Below, piece after piece: positions 24,901 to 38,851 of a DNA stretch of 64,000 nucleotides; within the stretch, counting starts at the first letter, position 1; every line of letters starts with the position of its first letter. The stretch lies in NCBI GenBank assembly GCA_013265495.1, contig MU057989.1, positions 1,691,513 to 1,755,512 of the forward strand, written 5' to 3'. Below the pieces are notes generated by a model. That model was not told the DNA's origin. It worked only from the letters and a program-made list of their open reading frames with translations, and searched no databases. The translations under genes and the position numbers were made by a program. The stretch is from Vicugna vicugna (lineage: Eukaryota).

Positions 24901-27900
24901 AAAGGGCAGCCTGGGACTGGATTAAGCAGCAGGAGACAGGACCAGATCTACATTTTACAAAGAGCTCCCTGGCTGCTATGGGGAGAAGGGACTGGGTGAT
25001 GGAGCAGAAGCAGGCACTGTGAACAGGCTACTGCAAGCGCTCAGACAGGACAGCCTGGTGGCCCAGCTGGGGCTGCTAGCTCTGGAGGCAGGGAAACGTG
25101 GAGGAAAGGGCTGGGCTCGCCTGCCTGGAGGCAGGAAGGGGCAACAGGGGTCTCCCTCCCCAGGCTCAGAAGGCTGGAAGACATTAGACCCACCAAATGC
25201 ACAGAGAACAAAGACCATGGGCCATTTCTGTCTTCTCTCTCCTGAGACAGGCCAGGGCAGGCAGCCGGCAGAGTGACAGGTAGCACTGGCACCACCCTGC
25301 ACAGCCCTGCCTGGGGCTGAGAGGAGCTCGGAATCCTGGCCTCACCCCTTGATGAGGAGCCTGGGAAAGAAATGCTCTCCAAGGCAGCTTCTCCCCCAGC
25401 CCCCAGGGCCCTTCTGATGCCTCTCACCCTCCTTAGAGTGTCACCTAAATGGTTTGAATCGAGCTAAGCCTCTCCTCTCAAACTTCCTGTCCCTGACAAT
25501 GCCTGAAATGCCACCATGGCAGCCATTGTTATAGGTTCAGCTCCGTTCTGTTCTGAATCTAATTTACCAGGTCTCACTCCCTCTGCCAAGAGGACTGGGA
25601 GAGTGAGGGCAAAACCAGAGAGAAGAGGCGGAGAGGGTTGCTGGGCGGAGTCAGGGATACCAACCCCAAGGACTCCACCATCTGGCCTGGGGAAGTCCCC
25701 AGAGACAGCTGCCACTAGCCCCAGATACAAGTGGGGAGACCTAGTTTCCCTCCGCAAGAGCCCCCAGGTCCCCAGCATCGGCTACTTGTGAGCTGTGAGC
25801 CCAAGGTGACTGCCTTTACTCCTGGCCTCACTGTTACCCTCTGTGAAACGGGACACCACCACCAGCCTGGCAGGCACGGGATCAGAACAAGATGCTCTAA
25901 CATCCATGGCCGTGCAAGGCGCACAGTAGGTGTTGAGAAATGGCTGAGTGGATCATGCTGGTCCTAGTCACCCACATGATGGGAGATGGGCTTTGCTTGC
26001 AGGGCCCTCCCCCAAATTGCTCAAGCGTTCCAGCTGTCACTGAGCAATGCGTGCATGTGTGTCTCTCCATGTGTCTTCTGAAAGAGGGGGCCCACATGAA
26101 TGCCGGGGTGCATGAATGTCCTGTCCCACTTGGGCCACAGCCTCCACAGCTGGAGGGAGACCAGCTGCCTGGGCTGCTCTGGTCTTAGCATCCTCCTTGC
26201 CCTTAACAGCAGGGTGTGGTTACCAGTATTGGCTGCTGTGACTTTCTGGGCACTCAGGGTGAGCCTGGTCTGCAGCTGGGCCCACTGCCTGCATTCCCTA
26301 GCGACCTCACCAGCTGGGGGTTGCCGCATCACTCCCATTTCACAGGTGAGGAAACTGGCTCAGAGGTGTGACATGACCTGCCTAAGGTCACACAGTTCCG
26401 GAGGCAGAGCTGGGGCTTGACCTCACACCTGGATGACATCAAACTCTAAGCTCTTAACCACCCAGGGTACCCCAGGCGGCTTCCAGGAGGACATGCGCCC
26501 CTTTCACCAGCCCTCAAAGCCTTGGGCCCTGCCTCCCCAACAGGGTCCCCTCACTGGGACTGGGCCATTCTTGCAGCACTTTGCCCGGGTGAGGTTGGGA
26601 ATTGAGGCCAGGTTGCTGGTGCTTACTGGGACCCAGGTCTGGGTGGAGGGGCAAAATTAGTCCCATTTTACAGATGGTGAAGCTGAGGTTCACAGCTAGG
26701 CCAAACTTCTTTGCCAAAATCAAATGCAGGCAGGATTCAATCTAACTTCAGAGATGGCTCTAACCACTTCACTCTCCCCATGCCAGGTCAAACACCTCCT
26801 CAGGAAGTCCTCCCTGACCTCCCAGGTCTCCACCCTAACCCTGACAGCCCTCACTTCAGACAGGGAGCACCAGAGCCGTCAGGCTGGAGACCTCGTCTGT
26901 CCAGCTCTACGTCCCCTCCCCACTACCCTCGCCGGGCTCGCACCACCACCACCACGACAGCCTGTAACCACACTCACAATTAAGCATAATTCCACCAAGT
27001 GCAGGGAGACTGTCAGTGTCTCCCCCACATCCACCCCCACCCCCCAGGAACGGCACCCCTGGAGTTGTGCAGTGCACCGCCTGTCCATCACGGCATCCAG
27101 CTCAATCCCAGACACACAGGAGGCTCCTATTCACATTTATTCGATAGTTATACTCATCGTAGCTGCCGTGGATCGACGCTTCCTGTAATTCTCAACCCTT
27201 TCCCTGAATTATTTCATTTAATCCTCATGCCAACAATATTACCAGGGAAGTACTATTCTTATGCCCATTCTACAGGTGAGAAAACAGAGGCTCAGAGAAG
27301 CCAAGCAGCTCCCCAGGTCACACAGCTGGGAAGCGGGGGCTGGCTGGGGCTGTACTCTCAGCCATGAGCAGGGTGGTAGGACCAAGGCCCCTCACGCCTC
27401 TCCCCGCTGAGCTGGACACTGCCCTCGGGGGCCTGCACCATCGGGCCTGACCCTGCCATTAGCTCAGGTGTGAACACCAGCTCCCACGCCTGTCATTAGG
27501 AAGCAGGGCGAGGGGAGCAGCGGGTTCACACCCAGTTTCAGCTGCTGGCAAACAGGGAGGGGTGGTGTTCTCCAAGGGGGGCTCTCCACTCGCCCATTTC
27601 TGTTTACTTGTACAGTCCAAGTCGGGACTGCCTGGGTGTGAAGGTCACAAGTCCTGGCTCCGAGCTCCCCTTCACTGGGGCGGGGGTGGGGGGATGCTGG
27701 CCCTGTGTGGGCACCTCCTATGTGGTAGGGGCATTCTCTCCGTTGTTACATTGGCTCCTCCCAGCCACCCCACACAGAAGATATTAGCACCATTCCTGCT
27801 TTGCAAATGAGAAAACGGGCTCAGAGAGGTTCCGTGATCTGCCCACAGCAGACGTAGCAAAGCTGGGACCAGAGGAGAGGAGCTCCTACCCACCTCAGTG

Positions 27901-29644
27901 CTCACTCTCAGTGGCAACCCTGCCCTCCTCCAGACAGAGGAGGAGGCCCCCAGAAAACTGAGGGTGACCAGCAACCACATCCTAGACTTGTAAGCACAGG
28001 GCTAGGCACTGGTAACACTCAAGAGAGTCTTGTTGAGAAAACTGGGTAAGAGGTTATCGCCCACCCCTGTCTGGTCCATGAACCTGTACCCATCAAGGGG
28101 AAGGGGCAGAGGGCTATGCTGGGCTGGCAAGACCACGCAGGGAAGCATCTGGCACCTACCCAGGGCTGTGACTGTGTGAGGCCACTAGGGTCCAAAGGAA
28201 GAGTCTCTCATCCCATCCTGGGGAGAGAATCAGGAAGGTTTCCTGGAGAAAGACACCTTTAAGAGATCTGGGATCATCCAGATCAGTCATTCAGTCAGGG
28301 GCAGGGGGTGGCAAGACTTGTGTCCTTGTCACCGTGGGTCCCCGAAACTTTAAAGGATGGGAAATTCCTTCCTTCCTATCCTCTGCTGGGAAGGCCAAGA
28401 CCCTCCTAGCTTGGCTTGATTCATCATAACCTTTTGTTAGGTCCAAGTCCAGGCCTTGGGGGACTGGACAGATGGAGAGCTAGAGGAAGGGCAGTTAGAG
28501 GGATGGAGAAGGCAGGGAGCAGGGCGAGGCTGGACCATCTCCTGGTGTGTGGGTGTGTGCATGTGTGAAGGGCCCAGGTCCAGGTGGGGGGAGAACAGAA
28601 CAGTCCCCCGTGGCTGGCGCAGAACATTCGGTTGTGCAATATCTGAGAGAACAGCTCGGGACTGGACGGGACCCCAGCTGGGTATGGGAGCCAGCTGGAC
28701 CCAGCCACAGAGGAACATTATGCAGGGCCCTGCCCAATCCCTGGGGTTGTGAAAGACCAGGCAGGCTGGGGTGAGGGGGGAGAATCTTGGGAGGGGACGG
28801 AAAGAAATGCCTCTGAGCTCGAAACAGTGCAAAGGAGAGATGGGGGGGGCGGATCACAGGACAGGGGAGTTCCTGAAAGGGCTGGAACTCAAAGGAATGG
28901 AGGGCCCACACTCCCCATGCCAGTGCCCAGGCCGCCTACACCTGTCGGACTGGTCTGCCTGGGCTAGACCACAGGGGCAGGGTGGGAGCCCTGGCCAGTC
29001 TTCTCACCTTCACCTGGGGCCTGGGAGGGAGCAAGGAACTGCTTCCAGGGAAGGGGGCGGGGTCTCAGGTGAGGGCACTTTGGAGTGGATACTCCCAGGT
29101 AGGTAGGCTGTGCAATTGCTGAATTCCCCACCTGCCTGAAGCCCCTTGTCGGGAATGGCTTGGTAAAGGCTCCCTCCCAGCCAGAAGCCTCTACTCCATT
29201 GTCCTTGGGGCGGAGACAAGGTAGGGTCCGAAGTCCTGTCCCCTCCCTCCATCTCAGCATCTCCACTGGGCTCCTCTAACCCGATTATTAAGTGAATACA
29301 TTAGGCTTATCAAAACGGACGTGGGCTGCCATCTCAATGCAAACATATCAAGACATGTCATTCCCTTCCCAGGCAGCCCTGGGAACCCGTGGCTCAGAGA
29401 CACCGCCAGTTTCAGGGCTGGAGGTGGATGGGGAGCCACGCCCCTGAGCAATCAAGCAGGGAGAAGGCGGCACCGACGCCGCCCAGCCGCAGCGCAGACC
29501 CCAGATGGAGGGTGGACTGGGGTTGCCTCAGCTGGGCTTCCCCGAACCCGACTCCACACCCACCGGTTCCTCTGGACCAGGCTCTGGAGCCCAGTGTGGC
29601 AGGTGCCGGGAAGTGCTGCTGCAGGTGGCACGCCCCTCCCCCCG

Positions 29645-29786
29645 NNNNNNNNNNNNNNNNNNNNNNNNNNNNNNNNNNNNNNNNNNNNNNNNNNNNNNNN
29701 NNNNNNNNNNNNNNNNNNNNNNNNNNNNNNNNNNNNNNNNNNNNNNNNNNNNNNNNNNNNNNNNNNNNNNNNNNNNNNNNNNNNNN
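29645..29786. other. Assembly gap (142 N)
   Basis: Run of n inside the CpG island. Confidence 1.
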
Positions 29787-30340
29787 GGTGAACGCCTCCC
29801 TCTTCCCCCGCCCCCCGCTCCCCGCTCCAGCTCAGTTTCACTGCCCGAGTGCACCCCTAGACGATGCTTCCTCGGTCCCTTGCGCTTCCCCCGCCCTCAC
29901 CCTGCCTGCGGTGTAGTGCCCTCCGGACACACCCCTCTCCACCCGGCGGTGCCTCCCGGCCCAGGAAGACCTCCGGTGCAAGGGCGACCCCAGAACACAG
30001 AGGTCCCCTGTACCTCCATCTCAGTTCCCCGTCCTGTAAGCGCCCAAGCCCGTGCTCTCTGGACTCCTAAAACTCTCCGGCGCCAAACAGCGTGCTTCTC
30101 CTCGGGCGCCACCAGCTCATCCCCACCTTGGCGGTGCTTGCCAGCTCAAGAGTGGCCCTTGGGTCCCGCATTCCCGCGCATCGCACACTCCTGGCTGGGT
30201 TTCTCGCCCTCTGGGACCCCCAGGGCAGTGCTTCTTGGGCCTCCTCGCAGCCCTCGCGGCCCGGCTGCTCCCCTACGCCCTGAACAGTGCTTCCCGGCCC
30301 AGTGCGTCCCTCAGCGCGCGACGTGCGGGCGCCTCCTCAC

Positions 30341-30402
30341 CTGCGGGTCCGAACCGTGGGGCTGTATTTGCCTTTGTTTCTCTTCCTGAAGAAGCGCGGG
30401 AG
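30341..30402 (-). CDS. PPL: Periplakin coding exon 1 (start codon not present in this assembly)
   Basis: Minus strand reads ...FRKRNKGKYSPTVRTR AG|gtgagg, matching PPL N-terminus MNSLFRKRNKGKYSPTVQTRS; first four codons read CTC CCG CGC TTC instead of ATG...; phase 2 fits exon 2. Confidence 0.88.
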
Positions 30403-32724
30403 CCCCTAGTGCGGCGCGGCGGCGGCGCCCCGTCTCTACTCGCGGGGGGCGGGGCGCCCGCAAGCCACTGGCTCTCCGGGCCGCTCCCGAGAAGGTGGCG
30501 CTTACCTTCCCGGAGGAGGGGCTCCGGGTGGGCGGGGCTTCCAGGCGCGTCTGGCGAGCGCCCTTGGCCGCGTGGAGTGAGTGGGGCGCCCGGCTGCGGC
30601 TAGGGGTGGGGACACCGGACACTCGAGAGGCTGGGCTGGCGGGCGGGGGCGCCCTGGCCGCTTTCCCGAGCACGCCCAGCACCCTCCTCACCCCCAACCC
30701 CTGGCCTGGCGCGCCCCCTGGCTGAGGGCTGTCACCTGGCTCTCTGCTGCCCCTCTTGGGCATCAGGGCTCCCCTCTCTCTGGCTGACCACCCCCAGGCA
30801 GGTGTGGCAGAGATTGGACGGGTCTCTGTGCTCCGGATAGCTAGTGAATTACACCCAGCTGGTAGCATCCGTCGAAGGCAATTGAAAAAAGGGAGCTCTG
30901 GAGCGCGCCTGCCTGAGTTCAAATCCTGCTGCCACGACGGTCAGCTGACTCCTTGGTAAGGCTTCTTGCAGCTCCCAGCCTCAGTTTCCTTATTTGTCAA
31001 TGATAACAACAGGCCCCATCCCATAGGGTATTGAGGTGATTCCTGCAAGTAATCACACAAAGCACTTAACACGTGTGGAATGTGCCAAGTTAGACTCTGC
31101 CAGCAGGAGGCCAGGTTAGACCGTGGCTCAGTGCGCCTGCAGAAAAGGCTGCAGTTGGAGAGAGTAAATAGAGTCTGGTGGTGAGCCCGAGTAGGGTCCT
31201 GACAACCGGGAGACTTCAGCGCCACTCTGGAGGGCACTGGGGGTTCTGAGCACGGCTGGGAAGGGGGAGCACACAGTCCCCAGGGAAGATGTTAGAAGGC
31301 ATCAGAGATAAGTTAAGCTGAAAGGGCTATATTAGGGCTCAGATGGGGAGTGATGAGGTCTGCGGAGGAGGGAGGCAAGGTCCCTCACTGGGCATCCAGA
31401 GTCCTCAGGCCAGTCCCTTCCCCAGCTGTTTTTTAAATTTATAAAATAAGGAGGTTGGGGGGGAGTGGATTCCTATAGACTTTTCCCACCCTAGACCCCA
31501 GAGCATCTGAAAACTGTCCTTTAGGCCATCTGTTGTCCCTGCCACCAAAGGATTTCAGTGTTAAAGGGTTACAGAGACTCTAGGAAAACCTTATTTTAAG
31601 AGGGCATCTGTGGGTGGGCTGTGCATCAGGCTCCCCAGGGGAGTTTGTAAAATGCAGGTTCCAGGGCTCTGACTGCCCCCACACACACCAAGCCCCTCCC
31701 CCTGCCAGTCCTTAGCTCCTGACTGGGGAGTGTAGGAAGGGTCCCAGAAATCTGAACTTTCCGCAAGTCCTAGTGGTGGTCCCTGGCCTCTCTGTGAGAA
31801 GCCAAGAGTTAGAGACCCTGCCTACAGCCCACCCCCCTGGCTGCTCAGGTGAGGAGCCCTGAGCAGACTTTCCAGCCAAACCTAACCCCTCTTTCCCCTC
31901 TGAACCTGATTCTGCCCAGCTCCTCAGGCACCCTGCCCGGGCGAGTGGGGAGGTCCCCATGAGGCAGCTGAGGGCTTGAGCAATTCCCTCCATCCTGAAG
32001 TGACTTCCCTTCCCAAGTCCGAGGTTAGGATGGGGCCTGGCGGCCACCTGGAGACTGCAAGTCCAGCTGGCCAACATCGGGAGCAGGTGTCAGGGAGGAG
32101 CCAAAGCTTCAGAACGCAGGTTGGGGGGTGGCACCTGGGGTCTGCAGAAGCCTGAACTCAGCACAGAGCTTGCTCACCCAGGACCCCTTCCTGCACCCCA
32201 AGTGGGTCACAGACAAGGGCTTGGGAGGGAACCTTGTCCACCCCCCACTTTATGGCACAACTCTGAGTGGAAACACTTTCCTTACTTTCTCCCTATTACC
32301 TTTCCTTTGGAGCCTAAACCTATCTTAGGAGATGGTCATGGCAGCACTGTTGCTGGGGAGGTGGCCCTGCAAACAACCTGATGGCTGCTGGGACTGGGTT
32401 CAGGTGGTTAAATAACTCAGGGCACATCTACACCAGGAAGACCATGCAGCTGGAAAAGAGCAAGATGTGGAAGGCAGCGTCAGGCACCAGAAGCAGAGTG
32501 CAAGGGAGAAGCAGGAAGCATGTGTGTGTATACGCACAGAAAACTTCTGGAAGGATCCACAAGAAACTGTTAGCCATGAGTCCCCTCAGGAGAGAAATCT
32601 GAATTTTCATTGTACACTCTTTTACAGTGTTTGGATTTTATTGTACTTTTAAATTTTTCCTTTGGACTTTTTTTTATATGTTCTTGGATTGCTTTTTTGA
32701 TGGCTTTTTCCAGTTACTTTTTTT

Positions 32725-32836
32725 TAAGAGTTTTTTCATGCTTTATTATTATTTTTTAAACACAAGTACCGAGGATTGAACATAGGACCTTAAGCATGCT
32801 AAGCATACACTCTACCACTGGGCTATAGCCACTGCC
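32725..32836 (-). mobile_element. tRNA-derived SINE (vic-1-like)
   Basis: ggattgaacataggaccttaagcatgctaagcatacactctaccactgggctata; TSD ttccagttacttttt. Confidence 0.75.
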
Positions 32837-33849
32837 TTCCAGTTACTTTTTAAAAATTTATTCCAAAATGACCCAAGCCTGGCTTTCCCTCTTACCCGAG
32901 CCTTCCCTGCTGCCTCCTCCTGTGGCCCCTCCCCACTTCGTGCCCCTCTGTCAGCACCACCATTTTCTATGGAACTAACCTCCTTCTTTGTCGGACTTTT
33001 TTTACTGGACTGAAAGATACTGGTTGTTAAGGATTATGGAAGCTATGACATGGGTAAAATAGAACCCATGCTGAACAAGGAAGTTGCTCTACCTTCAAGT
33101 TGCTGACAGTCTAAGAGCAGAGACGAAGATCCAACAACTACAAAGCCTACTGGGATTAGTCTGGGAAGTAGAGCCTTATCAGGGCTCCAAAGATGGGGAG
33201 GAGGGGGAGCACCCTGGGGGACCTGGGATGGAGTCTCACTCAATCCTTTTCAGCTGTATAAACAGCTTGTGGGCATGTCATTTTGCCTCTCTGAGCCTCA
33301 GTTTTCCTCATCTGTGAAATGGGCACAACAGCATTTGCCGCCCCCCCACACACAACCACCACTTAGTGAGAGCTCCACAAAAGGGAGGGGGTTACACCTG
33401 TAGCTGGAGGCTCGATGCCTGTGGAGCTGAGGGTTACAAGCAAGTACAGGAACTCCATACTGTGTCAGAATTCTGGACTTCTCCAATTTCCTAATCTACC
33501 TTCTCCACACCTCCCCAAAGTCTGGCTTGGGGAGACAGCCAAACTAGGGACCTCCAGGTTAGCAGGCTTATAGCGCAGCTGCTGAGTACCAGCTGTGACA
33601 CTGGTGATATTACTGCTATTTCTCATTTATTGAGGGTTGGCTCCATGCCAGGTAGCATGGCATGTGCCCAACATGCCTCAGATGATTGACTCTCCCTGAG
33701 GACCCCCAGCAGGTGAAGCGAGCCAGCCCTCCCCACCTGGGAGGAGGCTATCTTATCTCATGTTCCAGGGAAGGGCACTGAGGCTGGTTCCTGGGTTAGC
33801 CCGCTCCAGCCCCGGGCTCTCAGACCCCCCCACAACCCGCTCCAGGCTC

Positions 33850-35400
33850 CACCCTCCTGTGAGCTCTCGGGCAGTGGGGAGTCCTGCTGACTCAGCTGAG
33901 CCTGGCCCAGGCATGGGAAGAATTAGCAGATTTAGGGAGGAACTGAAGTTGTGCTTCACCAGCCCTCCTGCCTCCATTCTCTAAAATCTGGCTTCTGAGT
34001 TGGTGTGGCTGTGCGTGTGTGTGTGCGCGCGCACACGTGTGCATACATGTGTGTACGACACCCTGTGGGCAGGCTGGATGGGGTGGGAGCTGTGTTCTGG
34101 CTCCGCACATCCTCCTCTGGGCAGATGGGATTTGTTTGGTTCCGCGGAGCCCTCTTATGCCAAGTGACTCATCCGCCCTCCTTGTGACGTGGGCTGGGGG
34201 CTATGGGAGGGTATTTGCTTTCCTGGGGTTTACTTGATGGTTAACCCCTAGGAGATGGTACCTGCTGGGCCATCCAGTTCCCTGGCAACCAGGCCACCCT
34301 TGGCCCCTGAACCCTGTCCCCTCTCAGCAGCTGGGCCGGGCTGCCAGCTCCCAGGAGGCCAGCACCTTCCAAAGGGTCACCTACATCCTCCCTGTTTTCT
34401 GTCATTGTTTACCCAGCAGCTGGAGAGGCCCTCACCCACGCCCTCACTGGCTAGGGTGTTTCTGTGAACCAGTTTGAAACAAGAAGGGCGGCATTCCCCC
34501 AGCCCCAGAAAGAGGGGTGTGCAGGCCAGCAGCCTGCTCCTTACTGCAGAGCCTTCTCCTCCCAGGGCGGAGGCCAGGCCCAGCCTCCTGTGGACAGCAG
34601 CCATCTCCCATCTCCAGCTGTACCACCTCACCCCCACCTGGGGAGCAGATTCCAGGGTCCCTCCTCTGAGATTATGGTTGAGTGAGTCTGTGTAGGGCCC
34701 TGGAATCTGCATGTTAACAAACACATACCCCCTGGGATGCTGAAGCATATGGGTTTCTGGGCCATCCTGAGAAACACAGCTGGAACAGAAAGAGATGCAG
34801 AAAAGCTTAGGCCCTGGTCTACATCTATCTGCCTGGGAAGAACCCATAGGCTGTAGCTTGAGGCCAACCTAGGTTTGAATCGTGGCTCTGCCACATTCAG
34901 CTGTGTGGCCTTGGGTAGGTGGCTTAGCCTCTCTGAATCTTGGTTTCCCCATCTGTAAAATGGGGAAGAGCTAGGGTTCTGTGATGTGTGCAGAGCACCT
35001 GGCACGGAGGCCCTTCTACTCCCCACTCTCTGAGGGGAAAGGAGGGGGCTGGCCTGGTTTCACCCCATGTTTTGTAACATGTATTTACTTTTCTTGCAGA
35101 ACAATGCAAGGGATGGAAAATCATGCTGGCCCTCCAGCCCAGATGGGCTGACTCACACTCAGCCCTGGGCTGGGGGCCTAGTGAGCTCCCCACAGCCTCC
35201 CTGGGGCCAGAGGAGAGGCTGGGCCCTGGTAGCAGGGACAGGAGAGGGTCCATGGTGAGTCACCCACTCTGCCTACCCCTGAGTCATCCCCTGAGAATGT
35301 GCCTCAGGGCCCCACCCGCCCGGGGCCCCTGGCTGGCTGCCCCATCCTGGCCACCACCCTACTGCCTGCCAGGCAGCCCCAGCCCGCTGCCCACCCGCCA
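33850..35400. promoter_or_regulatory. Candidate epithelial enhancer: five perfect AP-1 heptamers, GRHL-like and KLF-like motifs
   Basis: TGACTCA 33888, 34165, 35149; TGAGTCA 35256, 35280; AACCAGTT 34467; CCCACCC motifs. Confidence 0.45.
34008..34057. repeat. Alternating purine-pyrimidine tract (TG/CG/CA)
   Basis: gtgcgtgtgtgtgtgcgcgcgcacacgtgtgcatacatgtgtgtacg. Confidence 0.85.
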
Positions 35401-38009
35401 GGGAGCTACTGCTGGAATAACCCCCCTGCCAGCCTCTCTGGATGCAGGTGTACACCTGTCCAGCTGTCTGCTGTCAAAATATTGAAACAGTTTCTGACCA
35501 GTGGTTGAAGAGCGGCTGCTCTGAGCACCCAGTGCCCTGGCCACCCTGGCCTTGCCCCAGGACCCAGTCACAGAGGGGTTAACCTTCTGCTCAGCAGGAG
35601 GCCCCTGGGACCTGGCCTCACCCACAGACTGGCATCTACTGTGGCCCAGCCCTACTGCCCCATCACCCCATCTTGCAGATCTGGGCCTCATCTTGAACCC
35701 TGGATGGCTTTCCAGCACAGCCTACTCCACGTCTCTGGACACCTCTTTTCAAGCCTGTCCCTGTGCCTCTCAGATCAGGCACTGAGGGCCACCCAGTGAG
35801 GAGGTCACACTGTCAGGGCAGAGAGAGGATCTGGGTGGGGCCCTGGGGCCAGACAGGCTCTGCCAGGCCTGGGATCCCCGCAGGACAGGCTGCTCAACCC
35901 AACCCCAAAACTCCCCTCCCCTTGACCAAGCCGACTTCCTCCCGCCCTGCCCCGCTTGCCAGGGCTCACAGTGCTGCCCAGACCGGTGGGGCTACATTTC
36001 TGGGGCCAGTGTGTGACAGCCCCTGGGGATGGCCCAGGTCAGGAGGTCAGGACCCCATTCCCTCCTGAGCCTGGGGGCCTGAGTGAGGGACAAGACAGGC
36101 CACAGGGACAGAATGCAGAATCAAATCACATTTTAGCTTGAAGCCAACCCGGATTGGAATCCTGGCTCTGCCATGCATCCAGCTGTGTGATCTTAGGCAG
36201 GTGGCTTAACCTCTCTGAACCTCAAATTCTCCATTTGTAAAGTGGGTAAGAGCCAGTGAGCTAAGATGTCAAATCCCAGCTCCCCCATTTCCTAGCTATG
36301 TGACCCTGGAGAAATGTCTTCAATTCTCTGAACCTCAGTCTCTCCACCTGCAAAATGGGGACACTCCAGCTGCTTAGGGTCTTAAAAGGATTCAGTGAAG
36401 TAAGATACATAATAATAATAGAAAATAACAACTTTTGTTGCATGTTTACTATACGCCAGGCCCTGGGCTAAGTGCTTGGCCTTGGGAGTCGGCACTGTGT
36501 CTTCTAGCCTCACTGAAGGGTGACAGAAATACAACAAAGTGCACATATTTAAAGTCTACTATCTGATGAGTTTTGACATAAGCGCCCAATGGTGAAATCA
36601 TAACCAGAACAAAGACAACAAACTTGCCCCCTTCTTCCCATTTTTCAGATGTGGAAGCAGAAGCTCCAAGACATTCAGTGCCTGCTCAAGGGGGTCAGGA
36701 GGGGCCTCAGGATTTAAACTCTGCGCTCTGAGCTGGCACGCTTGTCCCCACCTCCACCACCAGTGGATGGCACAGAGTAGGTGCCCAGGGTCATGTTGAG
36801 TGAATGAATGAATGAACAAGAGGGTCAAGGCACCGTGGTGGTCCCAGGGAAGGTCCCCAGAGGAGGACCAGCCATGGCCTAGCAGGTCCTGAGTCAGAAC
36901 CATGGTAGAAGAGAAGGGAATCGTTTGCTCATTCATCCAATATTTATTGAGCATCTACTATGTGACAAGTTCTGTTCTAGGCAAACAGGATACAAGGTGA
37001 GCACAATGGATACAGGTTCCTGCCCTCAGAGAGCTGGTGGCAGAGGACTGGGGTGAAGTTCCTGTGTGGGTGGTGGCATGGCTCCTATGACCCCAAGGAT
37101 GGAGCATCACAGGCAAAGTCACAGAGAGGGGGAACTGGGGACACTGTGAGGAAAGTGGCCAGACCCCAGTGGGACTGAGAGTGGCTGGAGTCCTGGCAAG
37201 TAAGAGGGGGGAGACCCTTGCTGGCAGGGACCCCGGGTTCCTTCATCATCTTCCTTCCCTCCCAAGAGTCACTGATATTTCCAAGGGAATCAGGCTCCCC
37301 TGGCCCCAAGGGGAGGATCATGACCTCTTGCCCCCACAGTGCCTCCCACACATTCACCATCCATTTATGGAGCACCTACTGTATGCCCCACCCTGTGGAC
37401 ACAGCAGCTAGCCAGATACGGCCTGCAGCCCCCAGTCTGGAAAGGGAAAGCGATAGAAAAGCAAGTGGACGACCACATATAAAGAAATGAAATGACCTAA
37501 ATGCTCATCAGTGGGGCAGCGGCTGATGAACGACGAAACGGCCTTGCTCTGGAAAGGTGGACCGGGGTCAGGAAGGCGAGGAGTGCACAGGCCTCACAGC
37601 GAGGAAAGCCCAGCGTGTAGTAAGAGAAGCAGTCGGTGCTGTATTCTTGCCATTTGTGATTTAAAGTAGAGCTGCCCCTAATTTGGCCAGTTTGCCCTTC
37701 TGCCGGTCTACCTGGGTCTGGGCCTGCCTGGGCCCTTTGTCCACTCTCTCTGCTGAGGTCAAACATTCCTGCCCTGGACCCAGGAGGCCAAGCCACGGCA
37801 GGCTGCCCTCCCAGGCCAACCTCCGGTCACTGGCTCTGGCTTAATCCCTCATCCGGGCCCAGGCCTTGGAACTGATGAGTCAACGCCAGTCAGCTCTGGA
37901 CAAACACCCCCGCCTCCTGGCCCTGGGGTCCCTGCTCCACTCCCTCCCAGCTCATCCTGTTCCCGAGACAGGGCCCAGCCTCTGCTGGTCCAAGGATGAC
38001 TCGAAACAG

Positions 38010-38235
38010 CCCTGTCCCACAGAACTTCCTGCAATGATAGACATGGTCCGTATTTCAAAGGAGGCACGAGCCACACATAGTCACTGAACACTTGAAATGT
38101 GGCTTGTGATGTGGGTTGTTTCATTTCGCTGTTTAGACTATATTTATTATTTATACAAATAGATGACATGTTCAGATCCATTTAATTAATTTAAACAGCC
38201 ATATGTGGCTGGTGGCTAGCACACTGGGTAGCTCC
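38010..38235. mobile_element. MER3/Charlie-like DNA transposon
   Basis: agaacttcctgcaatgat...cactgaacacttgaaatgtggct...taatttaaacagccatatgtggctggtggcta. Confidence 0.65.
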
Positions 38236-38851
38236 AGAGAGTCAGCCTGGGCCCAGGAATGGAGAAGTGGATGACCTAGAACCCTGGCCTCTCCCCAAGG
38301 CAGGGGAAGCTTGCGGATGGTGCTGGCTGGGCAGCCAGGGCCTCAGGGACTGAGATGGGGGGGGTCCCTGGGGGTCTGTTGAAGAGGCCAAGCTTAGCTT
38401 TTGGTGCCTGTGGCTGCCCCCGACTCAACCTGCCAGACTCCTTGGTCTGACCCCAGCTTGGTGGGCAGAGTCAGGACCCGAGGTGACCTCTGGATGTTGG
38501 AGTCCTGGCTGCAGCGCCATGGTCCAGCCTCCTTCATCCCTCCTGGACCTCTGACCACTGCATCGCAGTCCTGACTCTCCCTCTGCCTGTCCCTACTCCC
38601 CGGTACTATTTGGACTCACATGGGGGGCTGGCATCACAACTGATCTGCTGAAAGGCAATAGTGACACGTCCTGCCTTCAACCCAGAGGAGTTGGAGGCCA
38701 TAGCTGTCATGACCCAGGTCCCTCTGAATGCAGAGCTTGGGTGCAGGGTCTTTGCCTTTGGAAGTGACCTCAGGGCACAGGGGTGGGGGATGGGAAGGGT
38801 GCACCAGGGGAGGCAAACCAACCCAGGGTGCAGTCGCAAGCTGGGCCCCGT

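Larger units (their letters stand above)
29450..30730. promoter_or_regulatory. CpG island spanning PPL promoter, exon 1 and start of intron 1; GC boxes
   Basis: High CpG density versus flanks; GGGGCGGGGC at ~30446-30455 and GGGTGGGCGGGGC at ~30526-30538 just upstream of exon 1. Confidence 0.85.

Noticed and set aside
29321..30922. ORFs of 150-294 aa across the CpG island
   Set aside because: They span the N gap or reflect stop-codon scarcity in GC-rich DNA.
33644..33678. p53/p63-like CATG cluster
   Set aside because: Imperfect half-sites next to what appears to be degenerate MIR/L2 sequence; too weak alone.
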